Assembly (NCBI GenBank): GCA_964635515.1
Contig: CAZWNU010000001.1
Location: 5,068-69,067, forward strand
DNA: 64,000 nucleotides
Direction of reading: 5' to 3'
Source of the DNA: an uncultured Gammaproteobacteria bacterium
Lineage (GTDB): Bacteria > Patescibacteriota > Patescibacteriia > Patescibacteriales > JAGXOH01
The notes under the pieces were generated by a model that was given only the letters and a program-made list of their open reading frames with translations, did not search any database and was not told the DNA's origin. Below are positions 19,429-30,249 of this stretch, piece by piece (the stretch's first letter is position 1; the number at the start of each line of letters is the position of its first letter). The position numbers and the translations under genes are program-made.

Positions 19429-20400
19429 ATGGCCCTTGAAGAACCAAAAAATAATGGCTCCTCCCAAAAAAACGGAGAGAAGAAAAAAGAGGAAGGGGAG
19501 AAGAAGAAAAAATTGAATATTTACAAGCACAAAGATCCCACTACGGGTCTGACGATGAAAAAACTGGAGAGAAGTTTGTGGTTTTTTGAGCATAGAAGCC
19601 ACTTTCAAAAAAGTGTTATTATAATATTAATTTTAATATCTGCTCTTAGTTGGGGTTATGTCACATACTATACCACCATGTATTTATACTCCGGAATGGA
19701 GAAGGATGACAGGATGATCAGGGGTATAACCACCAACCTTTTACCTGGACACGAATATACCCTGGAAATATCTCCGAAACCCTTGATGATTTCTCAAATA
19801 AAAACCTTTGACAATCAAGATAAATTTGATATTATTGCCCTAGTAGAAAATCCCAATCCTTGGCACTACGCTTATTTTAACTACTGTTTTACCACCGGCC
19901 CAAACGAGATAAACTGTGATCAAAGCTTCATATTCCCGGAGGAGTCCAAGTATATCGTCAACACGGGAGATGAAGCCGATTATGGCTACTCTAATATCAA
20001 TTTTAATATTGAAAGAGTTAATTGGAAAAAAATAAATAGACACGAAATAATGCATTGGGAACCTTTTAGGGAAGATAGGTTAAATATAAAATTCCAAGAC
20101 AAGGAGTTTCTGCCCCCGGGATCTAGTGAATTAAGTGAAAAGCTAAACATTTCGGTTTTAAAATTTGATGCCATCAATAATACCAGTTATAGTTACTACA
20201 GAATGCCGTTAAACATATTTTTATATAGAGGAAACAGAATAGTGGGTGTAAACAGGTATGTCTTAAGAAATTTTAGGTCCCAAGAGGAAACATCATTAAG
20301 CCTAACCCTTCCTAATGTTACTTACAATGTTGACGAAATCAGAATTGTGCCAGACGTAGATATTATGAGTGAAGAAAGCTACATCTTCCCGGGAAGGTAA
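19429..20400 (+). CDS. Membrane-anchored hypothetical protein
   Basis: One TM near residue 60 followed by a beta-rich extracytoplasmic region. Confidence 0.8.
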   Translation: MALEEPKNNGSSQKNGEKKKEEGEKKKKLNIYKHKDPTTGLTMKKLERSLWFFEHRSHFQKSVIIILILISALSWGYVTYYTTMYLYSGMEKDDRMIRGITTNLLPGHEYTLEISPKPLMISQIKTFDNQDKFDIIALVENPNPWHYAYFNYCFTTGPNEINCDQSFIFPEESKYIVNTGDEADYGYSNINFNIERVNWKKINRHEIMHWEPFREDRLNIKFQDKEFLPPGSSELSEKLNISVLKFDAINNTSYSYYRMPLNIFLYRGNRIVGVNRYVLRNFRSQEETSLSLTLPNVTYNVDEIRIVPDVDIMSEESYIFPGR

Positions 20401-20415
20401 ACACAGAGAAAAAAT

Positions 20416-21522
20416 ATGTTTAAAAAAATATTCATATACCTTAAAAATTTTGATTGGATTTTATTTACCTCTGTCATCCTTTTGACTTGCTTCGGACTGA
20501 TCGAAATCTATAGCATTTCCCTGGGAAGGGATGTGTCTGAGCTGGTTATATTCAAAAGACAGGTGTTTTTTGTTGTTATTGGAGTTATTTTGGTCTTTGT
20601 TTTTTCCTTTTTAGACCATCAGTTTTTTAAAGACTATGCTAATTGGCTCTATTTTTTAGGGATTATCTTATTGACATCTGTTTTGTTTTTTGGAACCACA
20701 TATAGCCATGCTACTAGGTGGCTTGATTTAGGATACTTCAGCTTTCAACCGGTGGAGATAGCAAAAATTATTATTATAATTTTTTTAGCCAAACTTTTTT
20801 CTTCAAAAAAAATAGAGAAAGATAATTGGCGTCAACTAGTTTGGTCCGGATCATTGATCTTAATACCTTTTCTTCTGGTTTTGGGTCAGCCGGATCTCGG
20901 CTCTGCTATTCTCTTCTTTGTCATCTGGCTGACTTTAGTTGTTGTATCCGGATTCAACAAAAAATATTTAGTTATTATATTTTTGTTAGGGGTGGTCGCG
21001 TTTGCGGGTATGTGGAACTTTTATTTTGTAGACTATCAAAAACAAAGAATTCTAACTTTTATAAACCCTTCTGAAAGTTCCCTTGATCATCGCCACAATG
21101 TAGACCAGTCAATTATTGCTGTAGGGGCCGGAGGGCTGACCGGAAGTGGGGTTGGTTTTGGCTCCCAATCACAGTTAAAGTTTTTACCTGAAGTAGAAAA
21201 TGACTTTATTTTCGCAGTTATAGCAGAGGAGTTGGGTTTTATGGGGGTTAGTCTTTTACTTATATTTTTTAGTTTATTCTTTTATAGATGTCTGGTAAAT
21301 TTAAAAAAAATCAACAATGATTTCGGAATTTTTTTAATTTTAGGCTCGGTGGGCTTGATTTTTACTCAAATGTTTATTAATATAGGTATGAACATGGGTA
21401 TCTTCCCGGTTATAGGCCTCCCCCTGCCTTTTGTTAGCTATGGAGGCAGTGCCCTGATATCGATGTTTGTTTTAGTAGGCATCATTCAAAATATTATCAT
21501 TAAATCAAAAATTAATTATTAA
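20416..21522 (+). CDS. rodA: SEDS family peptidoglycan glycosyltransferase (RodA/FtsW)
   Basis: RWL.LG...FQPVEIAK, QPDLGS, QS.IAVGAGG..G.G...G.Q, FLPE.ENDFIF, GLPLPFVSYGGS. Confidence 0.92.
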   Translation: MFKKIFIYLKNFDWILFTSVILLTCFGLIEIYSISLGRDVSELVIFKRQVFFVVIGVILVFVFSFLDHQFFKDYANWLYFLGIILLTSVLFFGTTYSHATRWLDLGYFSFQPVEIAKIIIIIFLAKLFSSKKIEKDNWRQLVWSGSLILIPFLLVLGQPDLGSAILFFVIWLTLVVVSGFNKKYLVIIFLLGVVAFAGMWNFYFVDYQKQRILTFINPSESSLDHRHNVDQSIIAVGAGGLTGSGVGFGSQSQLKFLPEVENDFIFAVIAEELGFMGVSLLLIFFSLFFYRCLVNLKKINNDFGIFLILGSVGLIFTQMFINIGMNMGIFPVIGLPLPFVSYGGSALISMFVLVGIIQNIIIKSKINY

Positions 21523-21564
21523 AAATAAACAAGAAATAATTGTTTATTTTTATTTTATAATCTT

Positions 21565-22233
21565 ATGACTGAAGAATTCAATCTAAAAGCAACAACCAGA
21601 AAGAAAGAAGAAAAGCCGAACCAGGTTAGAAGAGACAACTTTATCCCGGTTATTTTGTATGGGCCCTCTGTTAAGGAGAGCCAAGAATTGAAAATCAAAA
21701 AAGGAGAATTCGAAAGAGTATATAACCAGGCAGGGGAATCGAGTCTAATAAACCTAAAAAACGACCAGGATAAAAAAGAAGAAAAAATTTTAATCAAAGA
21801 CATTCAAAGAGATCCGGTTAAAGGAGACATAATCCATGCTGACTTCTACCAGGTAAAAATGGATGAAAAAATTTATACTGAAATCCCCTTGAGTTTCATC
21901 GGAGAATCAAAGGCGGTCAAGGAGCTGGGTGGTTATTTAACCAAAAACTTAGACTCTTTGGAGGTGGAGTGTTTGCCGGGTGATTTGGTCTACGAAATAG
22001 AGGTTGACATCTCCCAGCTAGAGAGCTTTGAGGACGATATAAAAGTTAAGGATCTTCAAATTCCTAAAGGGATAATCATAACCCTTGATCCAGAAGAAGT
22101 GGTAGCCACAACAACACCGCCACAGGAAGAGGAAGAAGAAAAAGAAGAGAGCACCGAGGAAGATGCCAAGACAGAGAAAAAGACTCCTGAAGGAGGAGAG
22201 CAGGCTCAGGAAAAAGAAGAAGCATCCTCCTAG
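21565..22233 (+). CDS. rplY: 50S ribosomal protein L25 (Ctc form)
   Basis: RR..FIPVILYG, IQRDPV...IIHADF, CLP, acidic tail. Confidence 0.93.
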   Translation: MTEEFNLKATTRKKEEKPNQVRRDNFIPVILYGPSVKESQELKIKKGEFERVYNQAGESSLINLKNDQDKKEEKILIKDIQRDPVKGDIIHADFYQVKMDEKIYTEIPLSFIGESKAVKELGGYLTKNLDSLEVECLPGDLVYEIEVDISQLESFEDDIKVKDLQIPKGIIITLDPEEVVATTTPPQEEEEEKEESTEEDAKTEKKTPEGGEQAQEKEEASS

Positions 22234-22259
22234 GACAGGTGTATAACTAAAAAACATAA

Positions 22260-23336
22260 ATGAAGCTCGGCTTCCTTAAAAAAATAAAAGGATTCTTAAT
22301 TACTTACAAACGGCTTTTTTTGGCTTTTGTTTTAATATTAATAGTTTTTTTAATTCCTCTTGGTTTTTATAAAGATTTAGAGGACAAGGAAATTCCCTTT
22401 TTTTCCGACAGACAAGATTCGAATCTTGATTCTTGCGAAGATTGTGTAAAAAGAAAGATTGATGGAAAGCTTGTTCCTTCTGAAAACAAAAACCCTCAAC
22501 TCACGGCCATAATAATAGACAACCATCCACAATCCAGACCCCAATCGGGCCTATCCGAAGCTGCTCTGGTCTATGAAGCAGAAGTGGAGGGTGGGGCTAC
22601 TAGATATTTAGCCGTATTTACTGGTGACGAAGAACTTGAAAAGATAGGGCCAATCAGGAGCGCCAGGCCTTATTTTCTAGATTGGGGAGAGGATCTATCC
22701 TCACTCTTTGTACACTGCGGAGGAAGCCCGGCAACTTTGGCCAACTTGGCTTTAAGTAACTTGGTCAACTTGGATCAATTTTATGACTACCAATATTTTT
22801 GGAGGGACAACGAAAGGTTAGCCCCACATAACATATATACTTCATCAAAGCTAATAAATGATTTTTTAAAATCAACCAATCAGGAAGCGGATGGGTACCT
22901 TGGATGGAACTTTAAATCCCCTGAACCATTAAAAAAAAGAGGGGAGGAGAAAACAATCTCCATTCCTTTTGATTCAGGGTATCAAGTAAAATGGTTATAT
23001 GATCGAGATGAAAATGAGTATGTCAGGTATCTTGACGGGGAAATTCATACAGACGCTGAAGGAGAAGTTGTAACTACTCACAACCTAATCTTGCATTACT
23101 TAAAAACAAAAACAATAGATGAAAAACTAAGATTGGAATTGGTCAACAGGGGAGTGGGGAATGCCATGATATGTCGAGACGGGGAATGCCAAGAAGTAAA
23201 TTGGCAAAAAGAAAATCCAAAAGAAAGGAGTAGATACTATACACCTGAAGGGGAAAAATTCTTGTTTAACCCAGGAACAACCTGGATAGAAATAATAGAA
23301 AAATCCAAAAAAGAAAAAGTTAAGATTGAGAGGTAA
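22260..23336 (+). CDS. DUF3048 (YerB-like) membrane-anchored protein
   Basis: IDNHPQSRPQSGL..A.LVYE..VEGG.TR, IGPIRSARPY, HCGGS, APHNIY. Confidence 0.88.
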   Translation: MKLGFLKKIKGFLITYKRLFLAFVLILIVFLIPLGFYKDLEDKEIPFFSDRQDSNLDSCEDCVKRKIDGKLVPSENKNPQLTAIIIDNHPQSRPQSGLSEAALVYEAEVEGGATRYLAVFTGDEELEKIGPIRSARPYFLDWGEDLSSLFVHCGGSPATLANLALSNLVNLDQFYDYQYFWRDNERLAPHNIYTSSKLINDFLKSTNQEADGYLGWNFKSPEPLKKRGEEKTISIPFDSGYQVKWLYDRDENEYVRYLDGEIHTDAEGEVVTTHNLILHYLKTKTIDEKLRLELVNRGVGNAMICRDGECQEVNWQKENPKERSRYYTPEGEKFLFNPGTTWIEIIEKSKKEKVKIER

Positions 23337-24204
23337 TCGTGATAATTCTGTCTCTCCCGGAAAGATCCTGTTTCACACTCATCTCGGATCGAGGTAATTT
23401 CTCAACCACCATCTCTCTGAGGTCAGGTACCTGTTCCGGATTAAGCTCTAAAATTAAAAGGAAAGAAGAGAAGTCCATTTTGTCTATTTGCTCTAGAAGT
23501 TGTTTGTAGTATTTTAAACCCTTCTCAGTAGCCACTAAAGCCCCCTTGGGCTCATACTGAATGGAGGGGGATTTTCTATACTGCTCCTTTGTTAAATATG
23601 GCAAATTGGCTGCTATAATATTAAAAAAACCCAGGCTCTTCTCAAATTTATTTTTATTGCTTAGAAAATACTCTAGGAGATTAGATTCGAAAATTTCAAC
23701 TTTTTTGGCCTTATGTGATTGCCTGTTCTTCATAGCGGTCTTCAAAGCGGTCCTGCTTATATCTGTGGCAAAAACTTTATTCAAATTATCTTCCTCTTCA
23801 AGGATTTTGGCTAAACTTATTCCAATACAACCACTACCGGTTCCTATATCCCAAATATTAAAACTTTCCTCTTTAGGGGTAGAAGCTAAAACCTCCCTTA
23901 CTATACCCTCGGTTTCCGGCCTGGGCACCAAAACTCTTCTATTAACCAAAAACCTCATACCATAAAAATCTTTGTAGCCTAAGATATAGGCTAAAGGCTC
24001 GCCATTCAATCTTCTCTTTATTAGATTATCGAATTTCTCTTTGCCTTTTTGAGTGACAGGCTCTCTGGGGTAGGTGTGTAAAAACTCCCTGGATTTTCTC
24101 AAAGCTTGGGCCAATAAAATTTCAGCCTCTAGGTCGGAATTAAAAACATCGCCCTCCTGAAACTTGACTCTGCCTTGTTTTAATAATTCTCCTATATTGG
24201 CCAT
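23320..24204 (-). CDS. prmC: Release factor glutamine methyltransferase
   Basis: RR..GEPLAYILG, VLVPRPETE, DIGTGSGCI, ANLPY; downstream of prfA. Confidence 0.95.
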   Translation of the reverse strand: MANIGELLKQGRVKFQEGDVFNSDLEAEILLAQALRKSREFLHTYPREPVTQKGKEKFDNLIKRRLNGEPLAYILGYKDFYGMRFLVNRRVLVPRPETEGIVREVLASTPKEESFNIWDIGTGSGCIGISLAKILEEEDNLNKVFATDISRTALKTAMKNRQSHKAKKVEIFESNLLEYFLSNKNKFEKSLGFFNIIAANLPYLTKEQYRKSPSIQYEPKGALVATEKGLKYYKQLLEQIDKMDFSSFLLILELNPEQVPDLREMVVEKLPRSEMSVKQDLSGRDRIITITSQS

Positions 24205-24219
24205 ATATTTGAAAATATT

Positions 24220-25263
24220 TTATTCTGAATTCCGGGCCGCTTTTTGCAAAGATTTTATAATATCCTCTATGTTTCCATCCAAAATACCCTCTAAATTATT
24301 CCAAGACTGCTTGATTCTGTGATCTGTTAAACGATCTTGGGGATAATTATAGGTTCTTATTTTTTCGCTTCTGTCACCGCTACCCACCTGAGATTTTCTC
24401 TTTTCCTCCTCGGACTTTTTTTCTTCTTCTTTGATTTTAGATAAAATCCTTGCTCTTAAAATTTGCATGGCCCTCTCTTTGTTTTGTTGCTGAGATTTTT
24501 CATCTTGGCACTGAGCAGTTAAGCCTGTCGGCTCATGAGTAATTCTGACAGCTGAATTACTAGTATTAACGCTTTGCCCCCCTGGTCCTGAGGCGGAATA
24601 CGTATCAATTCTCAGATCACTCTCTTTGATTTCCACTTCTACATCTTCAGCTTCAGGTAGAACCGCTACAGTAGCGGCTGAAGTGTGGATTCTGCCGCTT
24701 TTTTCGGTTTCTGGGACCCTCTGCACTCTATGAGTCCCTCCTTCGAATTTTAATTCCTTGTAAACATTCTCTCCCTTTATTAAAAAAGTTACTTCTTTAA
24801 ATCCTCCGATATCTGCTTGATTTGAATCCCAAATTTTTATCTCCCAAGATCTTTTTTCGGCATACCTAGAATACATACGAAAAAGCTCTCCAGCAAAAAG
24901 GGCGGACTCATCTCCTCCAGTCCCTGCCCTGATCTCCATAATTACATTTCTCTTGTCATTGGGATCGTCCGGATAAAGCTCAGAGTTTAACTCTTCTTTT
25001 ATTTTTTTTTGCTGCTCCTCTAAACTTAAAATTTCCGCCTGGGCGATATCCACGATCTCTCCTTCCTCTTCTTCTTTGATAATTTTTTGATTCTCTTCAA
25101 TGCTTTTTTCTACACGTTCCAGTTCAGAAATTAAGTCAACCAACTTTTTATAATATGAGTGCTCTTTGGAGATCTGGGACAATCTTTTTATATCCTTGTT
25201 TATTTCGGGTTGCGACAATTGCTCTTCTAGTTCTCGGAATTTTTGTTTTATTTCTGTATACAT
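24220..25263 (-). CDS. prfA: Peptide chain release factor 1
   Basis: EIRAGTGGDE, HRVQRVPET (PxT), GPGGQSVN, RSEKIRTYN. Start re-set to MYTEIK (ATG 25263). Confidence 0.96.
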   Translation of the reverse strand: MYTEIKQKFRELEEQLSQPEINKDIKRLSQISKEHSYYKKLVDLISELERVEKSIEENQKIIKEEEEGEIVDIAQAEILSLEEQQKKIKEELNSELYPDDPNDKRNVIMEIRAGTGGDESALFAGELFRMYSRYAEKRSWEIKIWDSNQADIGGFKEVTFLIKGENVYKELKFEGGTHRVQRVPETEKSGRIHTSAATVAVLPEAEDVEVEIKESDLRIDTYSASGPGGQSVNTSNSAVRITHEPTGLTAQCQDEKSQQQNKERAMQILRARILSKIKEEEKKSEEEKRKSQVGSGDRSEKIRTYNYPQDRLTDHRIKQSWNNLEGILDGNIEDIIKSLQKAARNSE

Positions 25264-25342
25264 AATTTTAGCTTTGAGGTTTAAAAAACAGTTGCAAAAC
25301 ACCCCCTCCTCAAATGCCAAGCAACCGTTTTATATAATTCGG

Positions 25343-25636
25343 TTATTTTTTGTTGTTTGATTCTTTTTCTTTCTGCTTCTTGTTTTGAGCCTGTTTTTTA
25401 AGCTTCTTACCCTTCTTTGTTTTAGAAACCTCTTTTTGGGCTTTCAGCTTAGCCTCAAATTTTTCAACCCTCTGGGCTGAATCAACTAATTTCTGCTTAC
25501 CAGTATAAAAAGGGTGGCAATCAGAACAAATTTCCACTTTCAACTCTTCTTTGGTAGATCCTGTAACAAAATTATTTCCGCAAACGCAAGACACCTTCGC
25601 CTTGTCATGATACTGGGGATGAATATCTTTCTTCAT
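25343..25636 (-). CDS. rpmE: 50S ribosomal protein L31 (Zn-binding type)
   Basis: [23 protein letters not shown]. Confidence 0.96.
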   Translation of the reverse strand: MKKDIHPQYHDKAKVSCVCGNNFVTGSTKEELKVEICSDCHPFYTGKQKLVDSAQRVEKFEAKLKAQKEVSKTKKGKKLKKQAQNKKQKEKESNNKK

Positions 25637-25674
25637 ATTTTTTCGCTTAATTCAGTTAAATTAATAATAAAACT

Positions 25675-25704
25675 ATAATATCAAGAAAGGGGAGTTTTTG
25701 TCAA
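25675..25704 (-). promoter_or_regulatory. sigma70 promoter of rpmE-prfA-prmC
   Basis: Minus strand TTGACA-18-TATTAT with TG extension. Confidence 0.6.
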
Positions 25705-25884
25705 TAATACCGGATTAAATCATTAAAATAACAGTGGGGTCCGTGTTTGTTTATATGGGGTGGTCGGTTGTATAATTAAAAATCCAGGCCTGGGAAAGAG
25801 TACAGCAAAAAAACTCACTCAAAAGTGGCGATTGATTGTAATTTTATTTTTCTTCAACTAGTATGATATAATGATTTTACACCT

Positions 25885-27330
25885 ATGAAAATAAACAATA
25901 TTGCTAAAAACACTTCTTATCTAACTTCCGCTCTGGTGATTCAAAAGGTAATTTCCTTTGCCTATTTTACTTTATTGGCAAGAAATCTTGGTCCAGAGAA
26001 TATGGGAATGTATTATTTTGCTATCTCCTTCACCACCGTTCTGGCTGTGTTCATAGACTTGGGTCTTATAAATATTTTGATGCGGGAGGTGGCTAAAACC
26101 AAAGAAAGGGCCCAAGAGCTACTGGGCAGTGTCTTGGCTATAAAACTACCCTTAGCCCTATTAACCCTAGGATCGGCTATTTTGATAATTCATCTACTTA
26201 ACTATCCCAGCCTGGTCGTTCACCTTGTATATCTTTCTTGTATATGTATGATCCTGGATTCCTTTACTACAAGCTTTTTTGCTGTCATCAGAGGTTTTCA
26301 TAATTTAATCTATGAGAGCATAGGATCAGTGTTGTTCCAGTTAATAGTAATGATATTAGGGCTAGTAGCTGTTTATAGTGGCATGAGCCTGCTCTGGGTA
26401 ATGGGCGCTTTGGTGGCTGCCAGTATTTTTAATTTTTCCTATTCTTCTCTGGTTCTCTGGAAGAAATTAGATTTAGTAATAAAGCCTGTTTATAATCAAA
26501 GATTAATATTATCCTTAAGTAGGCTTGCTATTCCTTTCGGCCTGTTTGCTCTATTTCAAAGGTTCTATATGCACTTTGATTCGGTTTTACTCTCCATTAT
26601 AGCCGGGGATAGATATGTAGGCTACTACCAAGTAGCTTTTAAAATAATCTTCGCTCTTCAGTTCCTGCCCCTAGCCTTTGTAGCCTCCTTGTATCCGGCC
26701 ATGAGTTATTACTGGATTAATAATCGGGAACAATTGACTATAACCTTTGAAAGAGCAATGAAATACTTAATGATAATATCTATCCCGATTAGTACCGGGG
26801 TAATAATTTTGTCCGACAAGATAATAAATATATTCGGTAAAGAATTTTCCGGAGCCACGCTTCCCATGCAAATAACTATTTTGGCGCTACTTTTTATTTT
26901 CATTAATTTTCCAATCGGCTCTCTTTTAAATGCTTGCGATAGACAGAAATATAACACAATAAACATGGGGATAGCGGTTACGCTGAGCATAACACTTAAC
27001 CTTATCCTGATTTCAAAATTTCAGGCCGTAGGGGCAGGGGTCACTGTTTTAGTAACTAATTTTTTAATGACTATCTTGGGCCTTTACTGGGCCGGGAAAA
27101 TAATAAACTACGACAAAAAAATGATGTTAATAAATTTTATTAAAATTATAATATCCGGCCTGGCCATGGGTGTTTTAGTTTTTGAATTGCAAAAATATCT
27201 AAATATATTTTTAATCATACCCCTTGGAGGGATTTTCTATTTCCTTGTTCTGTATTTGGTCAGGGGCTATACCAAAGAAGACATCAAAAGCATAACTTCG
27301 TCCTTTTTAGCTAAAAAACAAAAGGGTTAG
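25885..27330 (+). CDS. Wzx-like polysaccharide flippase
   Basis: About 14 TM, LARNLG.E..G.Y, DLG, DSVLL, VGYY..A. Confidence 0.9.
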   Translation: MKINNIAKNTSYLTSALVIQKVISFAYFTLLARNLGPENMGMYYFAISFTTVLAVFIDLGLINILMREVAKTKERAQELLGSVLAIKLPLALLTLGSAILIIHLLNYPSLVVHLVYLSCICMILDSFTTSFFAVIRGFHNLIYESIGSVLFQLIVMILGLVAVYSGMSLLWVMGALVAASIFNFSYSSLVLWKKLDLVIKPVYNQRLILSLSRLAIPFGLFALFQRFYMHFDSVLLSIIAGDRYVGYYQVAFKIIFALQFLPLAFVASLYPAMSYYWINNREQLTITFERAMKYLMIISIPISTGVIILSDKIINIFGKEFSGATLPMQITILALLFIFINFPIGSLLNACDRQKYNTINMGIAVTLSITLNLILISKFQAVGAGVTVLVTNFLMTILGLYWAGKIINYDKKMMLINFIKIIISGLAMGVLVFELQKYLNIFLIIPLGGIFYFLVLYLVRGYTKEDIKSITSSFLAKKQKG

Positions 27331-27478
27331 AACCCACTGATTTGACTTTTCTATAATACTAACCTTTCACGAAAAGCAGGGCCTAGAATAATGGCCAGTG
27401 GAAATTTGTTCAATTTTGTGATATTTTTAACAATACTGGGGAAGATTTTAAAAATTAATTTAAGTTGCAATATCTACT

Positions 27479-28186
27479 ATGATTTCAGTAATTATTCCTG
27501 TTTATAACCAAGGAGATAAGCTAACAAAAACGCTGGACAGCCTTGAAAGGCAAAGCTATCAAGATCTAGAGATAATAATAGTGAATGATGGATCTTCAGA
27601 TAATACTCAAAAAACGATAGAAGATCATGTGCCTGAAATGAAGAGGAGGGGAATGAATGTGAAAGTTTTTGTTCATAACAGAAACAAAGGAGCTCCTGCG
27701 GCCAGAAATGAAGGATTTAGAGCGTCTGAGGGTGAGTATCTGTTTTTTTGTGATGCTGATGCTATCTTGGAATCCCATGCCCTGGAAAAGATGTTAAATA
27801 CTATAAAGCAAGTTCCAGATACGAGTTATGTCTACTCCTCCTTTAAATGGGGAGCAAAAAAATTTCCAGTAGGAAGTTTTAGTGAAGAGAAATTAAAGCA
27901 AGGGCCCTGCATCCACACCATGGCCCTTATTAAAAGAAATGACTTTCCTGAATCGGGTTGGGACGAAAGCATTACCAAACTTCAGGATTGGGACTTATGG
28001 CTAACCATGTTAGATCAGGGCAAAAAGGGTTATTGGATAAATGAGGCTCTTTTTACTATAAGTCCTGGGGGGAATATAAGTTTCTGGATCCCATCTTTTT
28101 TTTACAAATTATTTCCCTTCCTGCCCTCTGTTAAAAAATATAAAAAGGCTGTAGAAAAAATCAAGAAAAAGCACGGCCTAAAATAA
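27479..28186 (+). CDS. Glycosyltransferase family 2
   Basis: ISVIIPVYN, VNDGSSD, GAPAARN.G, FCDAD, QDWDLWL. Confidence 0.93.
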   Translation: MISVIIPVYNQGDKLTKTLDSLERQSYQDLEIIIVNDGSSDNTQKTIEDHVPEMKRRGMNVKVFVHNRNKGAPAARNEGFRASEGEYLFFCDADAILESHALEKMLNTIKQVPDTSYVYSSFKWGAKKFPVGSFSEEKLKQGPCIHTMALIKRNDFPESGWDESITKLQDWDLWLTMLDQGKKGYWINEALFTISPGGNISFWIPSFFYKLFPFLPSVKKYKKAVEKIKKKHGLK

Positions 28187-28197
28187 CCATTTATCCG

Positions 28198-28632
28198 ATG
28201 AAATTAACTAAAATTTTTCTAATTTTTATTATTTCTTTAATAATTTCGGGCTGCGGACCAGGGGCGGAAAAGGTATTAATAAAAATAAATGATCAAAAAA
28301 TAGAAGCAGAGATAGCTCAAACCCCAAGAGAAAAATACAAAGGCTTGAGCAAAAGAGAAGATCTTTGTTATAATTGTGGGATGCTGTTTCTTTTTTCAGA
28401 AAAAAGAAAAGCGACCATTGTTATGCGAGATATGAATTTTCCTCTAGATATTTTATGGATAAAAGATCAAAGAATTGTTGGGATAGACAAGAACGCGCCC
28501 CCGGAGGGAAGAAATCCTAAAACAAAATATCAAAGCTCACAACCAGTAGACCAAGTCTTGGAACTTAACGGAGGTTTCTGTGAAAAACATGATATAAAAG
28601 CAGGGGACAGTATTAAAATAATATCAAATTAA
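28198..28632 (+). CDS. DUF192 family lipoprotein
   Basis: Lipobox ISGC, EIA.T....KGL, GMLF, M.FPLD, VLELNGG. Confidence 0.9.
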   Translation: MKLTKIFLIFIISLIISGCGPGAEKVLIKINDQKIEAEIAQTPREKYKGLSKREDLCYNCGMLFLFSEKRKATIVMRDMNFPLDILWIKDQRIVGIDKNAPPEGRNPKTKYQSSQPVDQVLELNGGFCEKHDIKAGDSIKIISN

Positions 28633-30161
28633 TGAATAAAATAATCACTTCCAATTTTAAATTTATTCTTATCGCCCTCTTGTTGATAGAAAGTTTCTCT
28701 TTTCTGGGAAATTATTTTTCTTTTCTAGGAAATTATTTTTTTATAATTGTTTCTTTAATAGTACTATTCCTAACCTTAAAAGACATCCGATACGGTCTAT
28801 GGATAGTATTAGCCGAACTTCTTATCGGATCCCAAGGTTATTTATTCTCTCTCAATTTAGCGGGAACTTCTATTTCTATTAGAATGTCGATATGGTTTAT
28901 AGTATTGGCGGTTTGGTCATCTAAAATTCTAACTAATTTTTATAAAAAACCCCGAGGGGAGAGAACCTTTCCTAACATTAAATTATTCAAATCTTCTTAC
29001 TTTTCCTACCTTCTTATCCTATTCTTTTTTGTAGCCTGGGGAGGTATTAATGGCTTTATAAACAACAACTCTTTACACGAAATTCTATTTGACATCAACA
29101 GCTGGTTTTATTTGGCCCTAATATTTCCTTTGTATGAAGTGGCCTGGAAGGAAAACTTCTTTAAACCATTAGCGGAGATACTGTTAGCTTGCGCCATCTG
29201 GATCAGCCTAAAATCTTTGTTTATATTGTTTGTATTCTCTCATAATATTCACTCTTGGATGGGACCTTTGTACTCTTGGGTGAGAGATACGGGGGTGGGG
29301 GAGATAACCGCCATGGACGGTGGCTTCACCAGAGTGTTCTTTCAATCTCATATTTTTATTGTTATAGCCATATTTTTGGGAATTATACTTATAAACAAAG
29401 TTTTGACCTCAAAAAAAGAACTTTCCGGAGAAGATAAGAAATGGATACTTCTCTATTCCGCTATCCTTATTCTTTTTTCCTCGGTTGTAATTATTAGTTT
29501 TTCCAGAAGTTTTTGGATAGGTTCTATGGCTGGAATATTGTTCTTGTTAGCTATAGTTCAAAAAAAATACGGTTTTAAAAATTTAATTTTAAACATCTTA
29601 GGTATTTTTTCAATGGTTATACTCAGCCTAGGCTTGGTAGCGGCCATAATCAACATTCCTGTAATAGGAGAAAAAACTGACCTTAGAACATCAGAAAGCG
29701 TACGTGACAGAGCCAGAGATGTGTCTGGAGAGGCGGCTGTTTCTTCTCGCTGGAACCTACTTCCCAAAATGTGGGAGGAGATAAAAAGTGACCCTGTTTT
29801 GGGAAAGGGCTTTGGAACCACAATCACTTATATATCAAGTGACCCCAGAGCTTTACAAAGATCAGCTGAAGGCGAGTATACAACCTATGCCTTTGAGTGG
29901 GGTTGGCTTGACATATGGCTAAAGATCGGCTTTCTTGGACTTCTTTGCTACTTATTCCTTATAGCAAAAATGATCTTTGATGGCCTGGCCAAGCCTAAAT
30001 TGTTCAAGTCAACACTGGGCAACTGCCTGATAATAGGTTTAATGGTGTTCATAGTAGTCCATTTTTTTACACCCTACCTAAACCATCCTCTGGGCTTTGG
30101 GTTCTTAATGTTATCAATTATAGCCTTGAACAAATTAGAGGAAGACGGTATTATTACTTGA
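28632..30161 (+). CDS. O-antigen ligase/polymerase (Wzy_C) family membrane protein
   Basis: Multi-TM with SFSRS.W, SSRW....W.....P.LG.GFG. Confidence 0.85.
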   Translation: MNKIITSNFKFILIALLLIESFSFLGNYFSFLGNYFFIIVSLIVLFLTLKDIRYGLWIVLAELLIGSQGYLFSLNLAGTSISIRMSIWFIVLAVWSSKILTNFYKKPRGERTFPNIKLFKSSYFSYLLILFFFVAWGGINGFINNNSLHEILFDINSWFYLALIFPLYEVAWKENFFKPLAEILLACAIWISLKSLFILFVFSHNIHSWMGPLYSWVRDTGVGEITAMDGGFTRVFFQSHIFIVIAIFLGIILINKVLTSKKELSGEDKKWILLYSAILILFSSVVIISFSRSFWIGSMAGILFLLAIVQKKYGFKNLILNILGIFSMVILSLGLVAAIINIPVIGEKTDLRTSESVRDRARDVSGEAAVSSRWNLLPKMWEEIKSDPVLGKGFGTTITYISSDPRALQRSAEGEYTTYAFEWGWLDIWLKIGFLGLLCYLFLIAKMIFDGLAKPKLFKSTLGNCLIIGLMVFIVVHFFTPYLNHPLGFGFLMLSIIALNKLEEDGIIT

Positions 30162-30249
30162 CTTTACCAAAAATTTTTGTATAAATATTTGCACCAAAAC
30201 TAAGTTTAATGTATATTTTAAATTATATTAAAATTAAGGTTTAACAAAT

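Noticed and set aside
25705-25884. Possible tRNA/ncRNA in the rpmE-wzx intergenic region
   Set aside because: No cloverleaf, T-loop GTTCRA or convincing stem; it is explicable as divergent promoter spacing.
28698-28739. 21-nt tandem duplication (SFLGNYF x2) in the Wzy-like gene; similar 12-nt duplication near 3449-3472
   Set aside because: Two-copy in-frame microduplications, with no evidence of phase variation or function.
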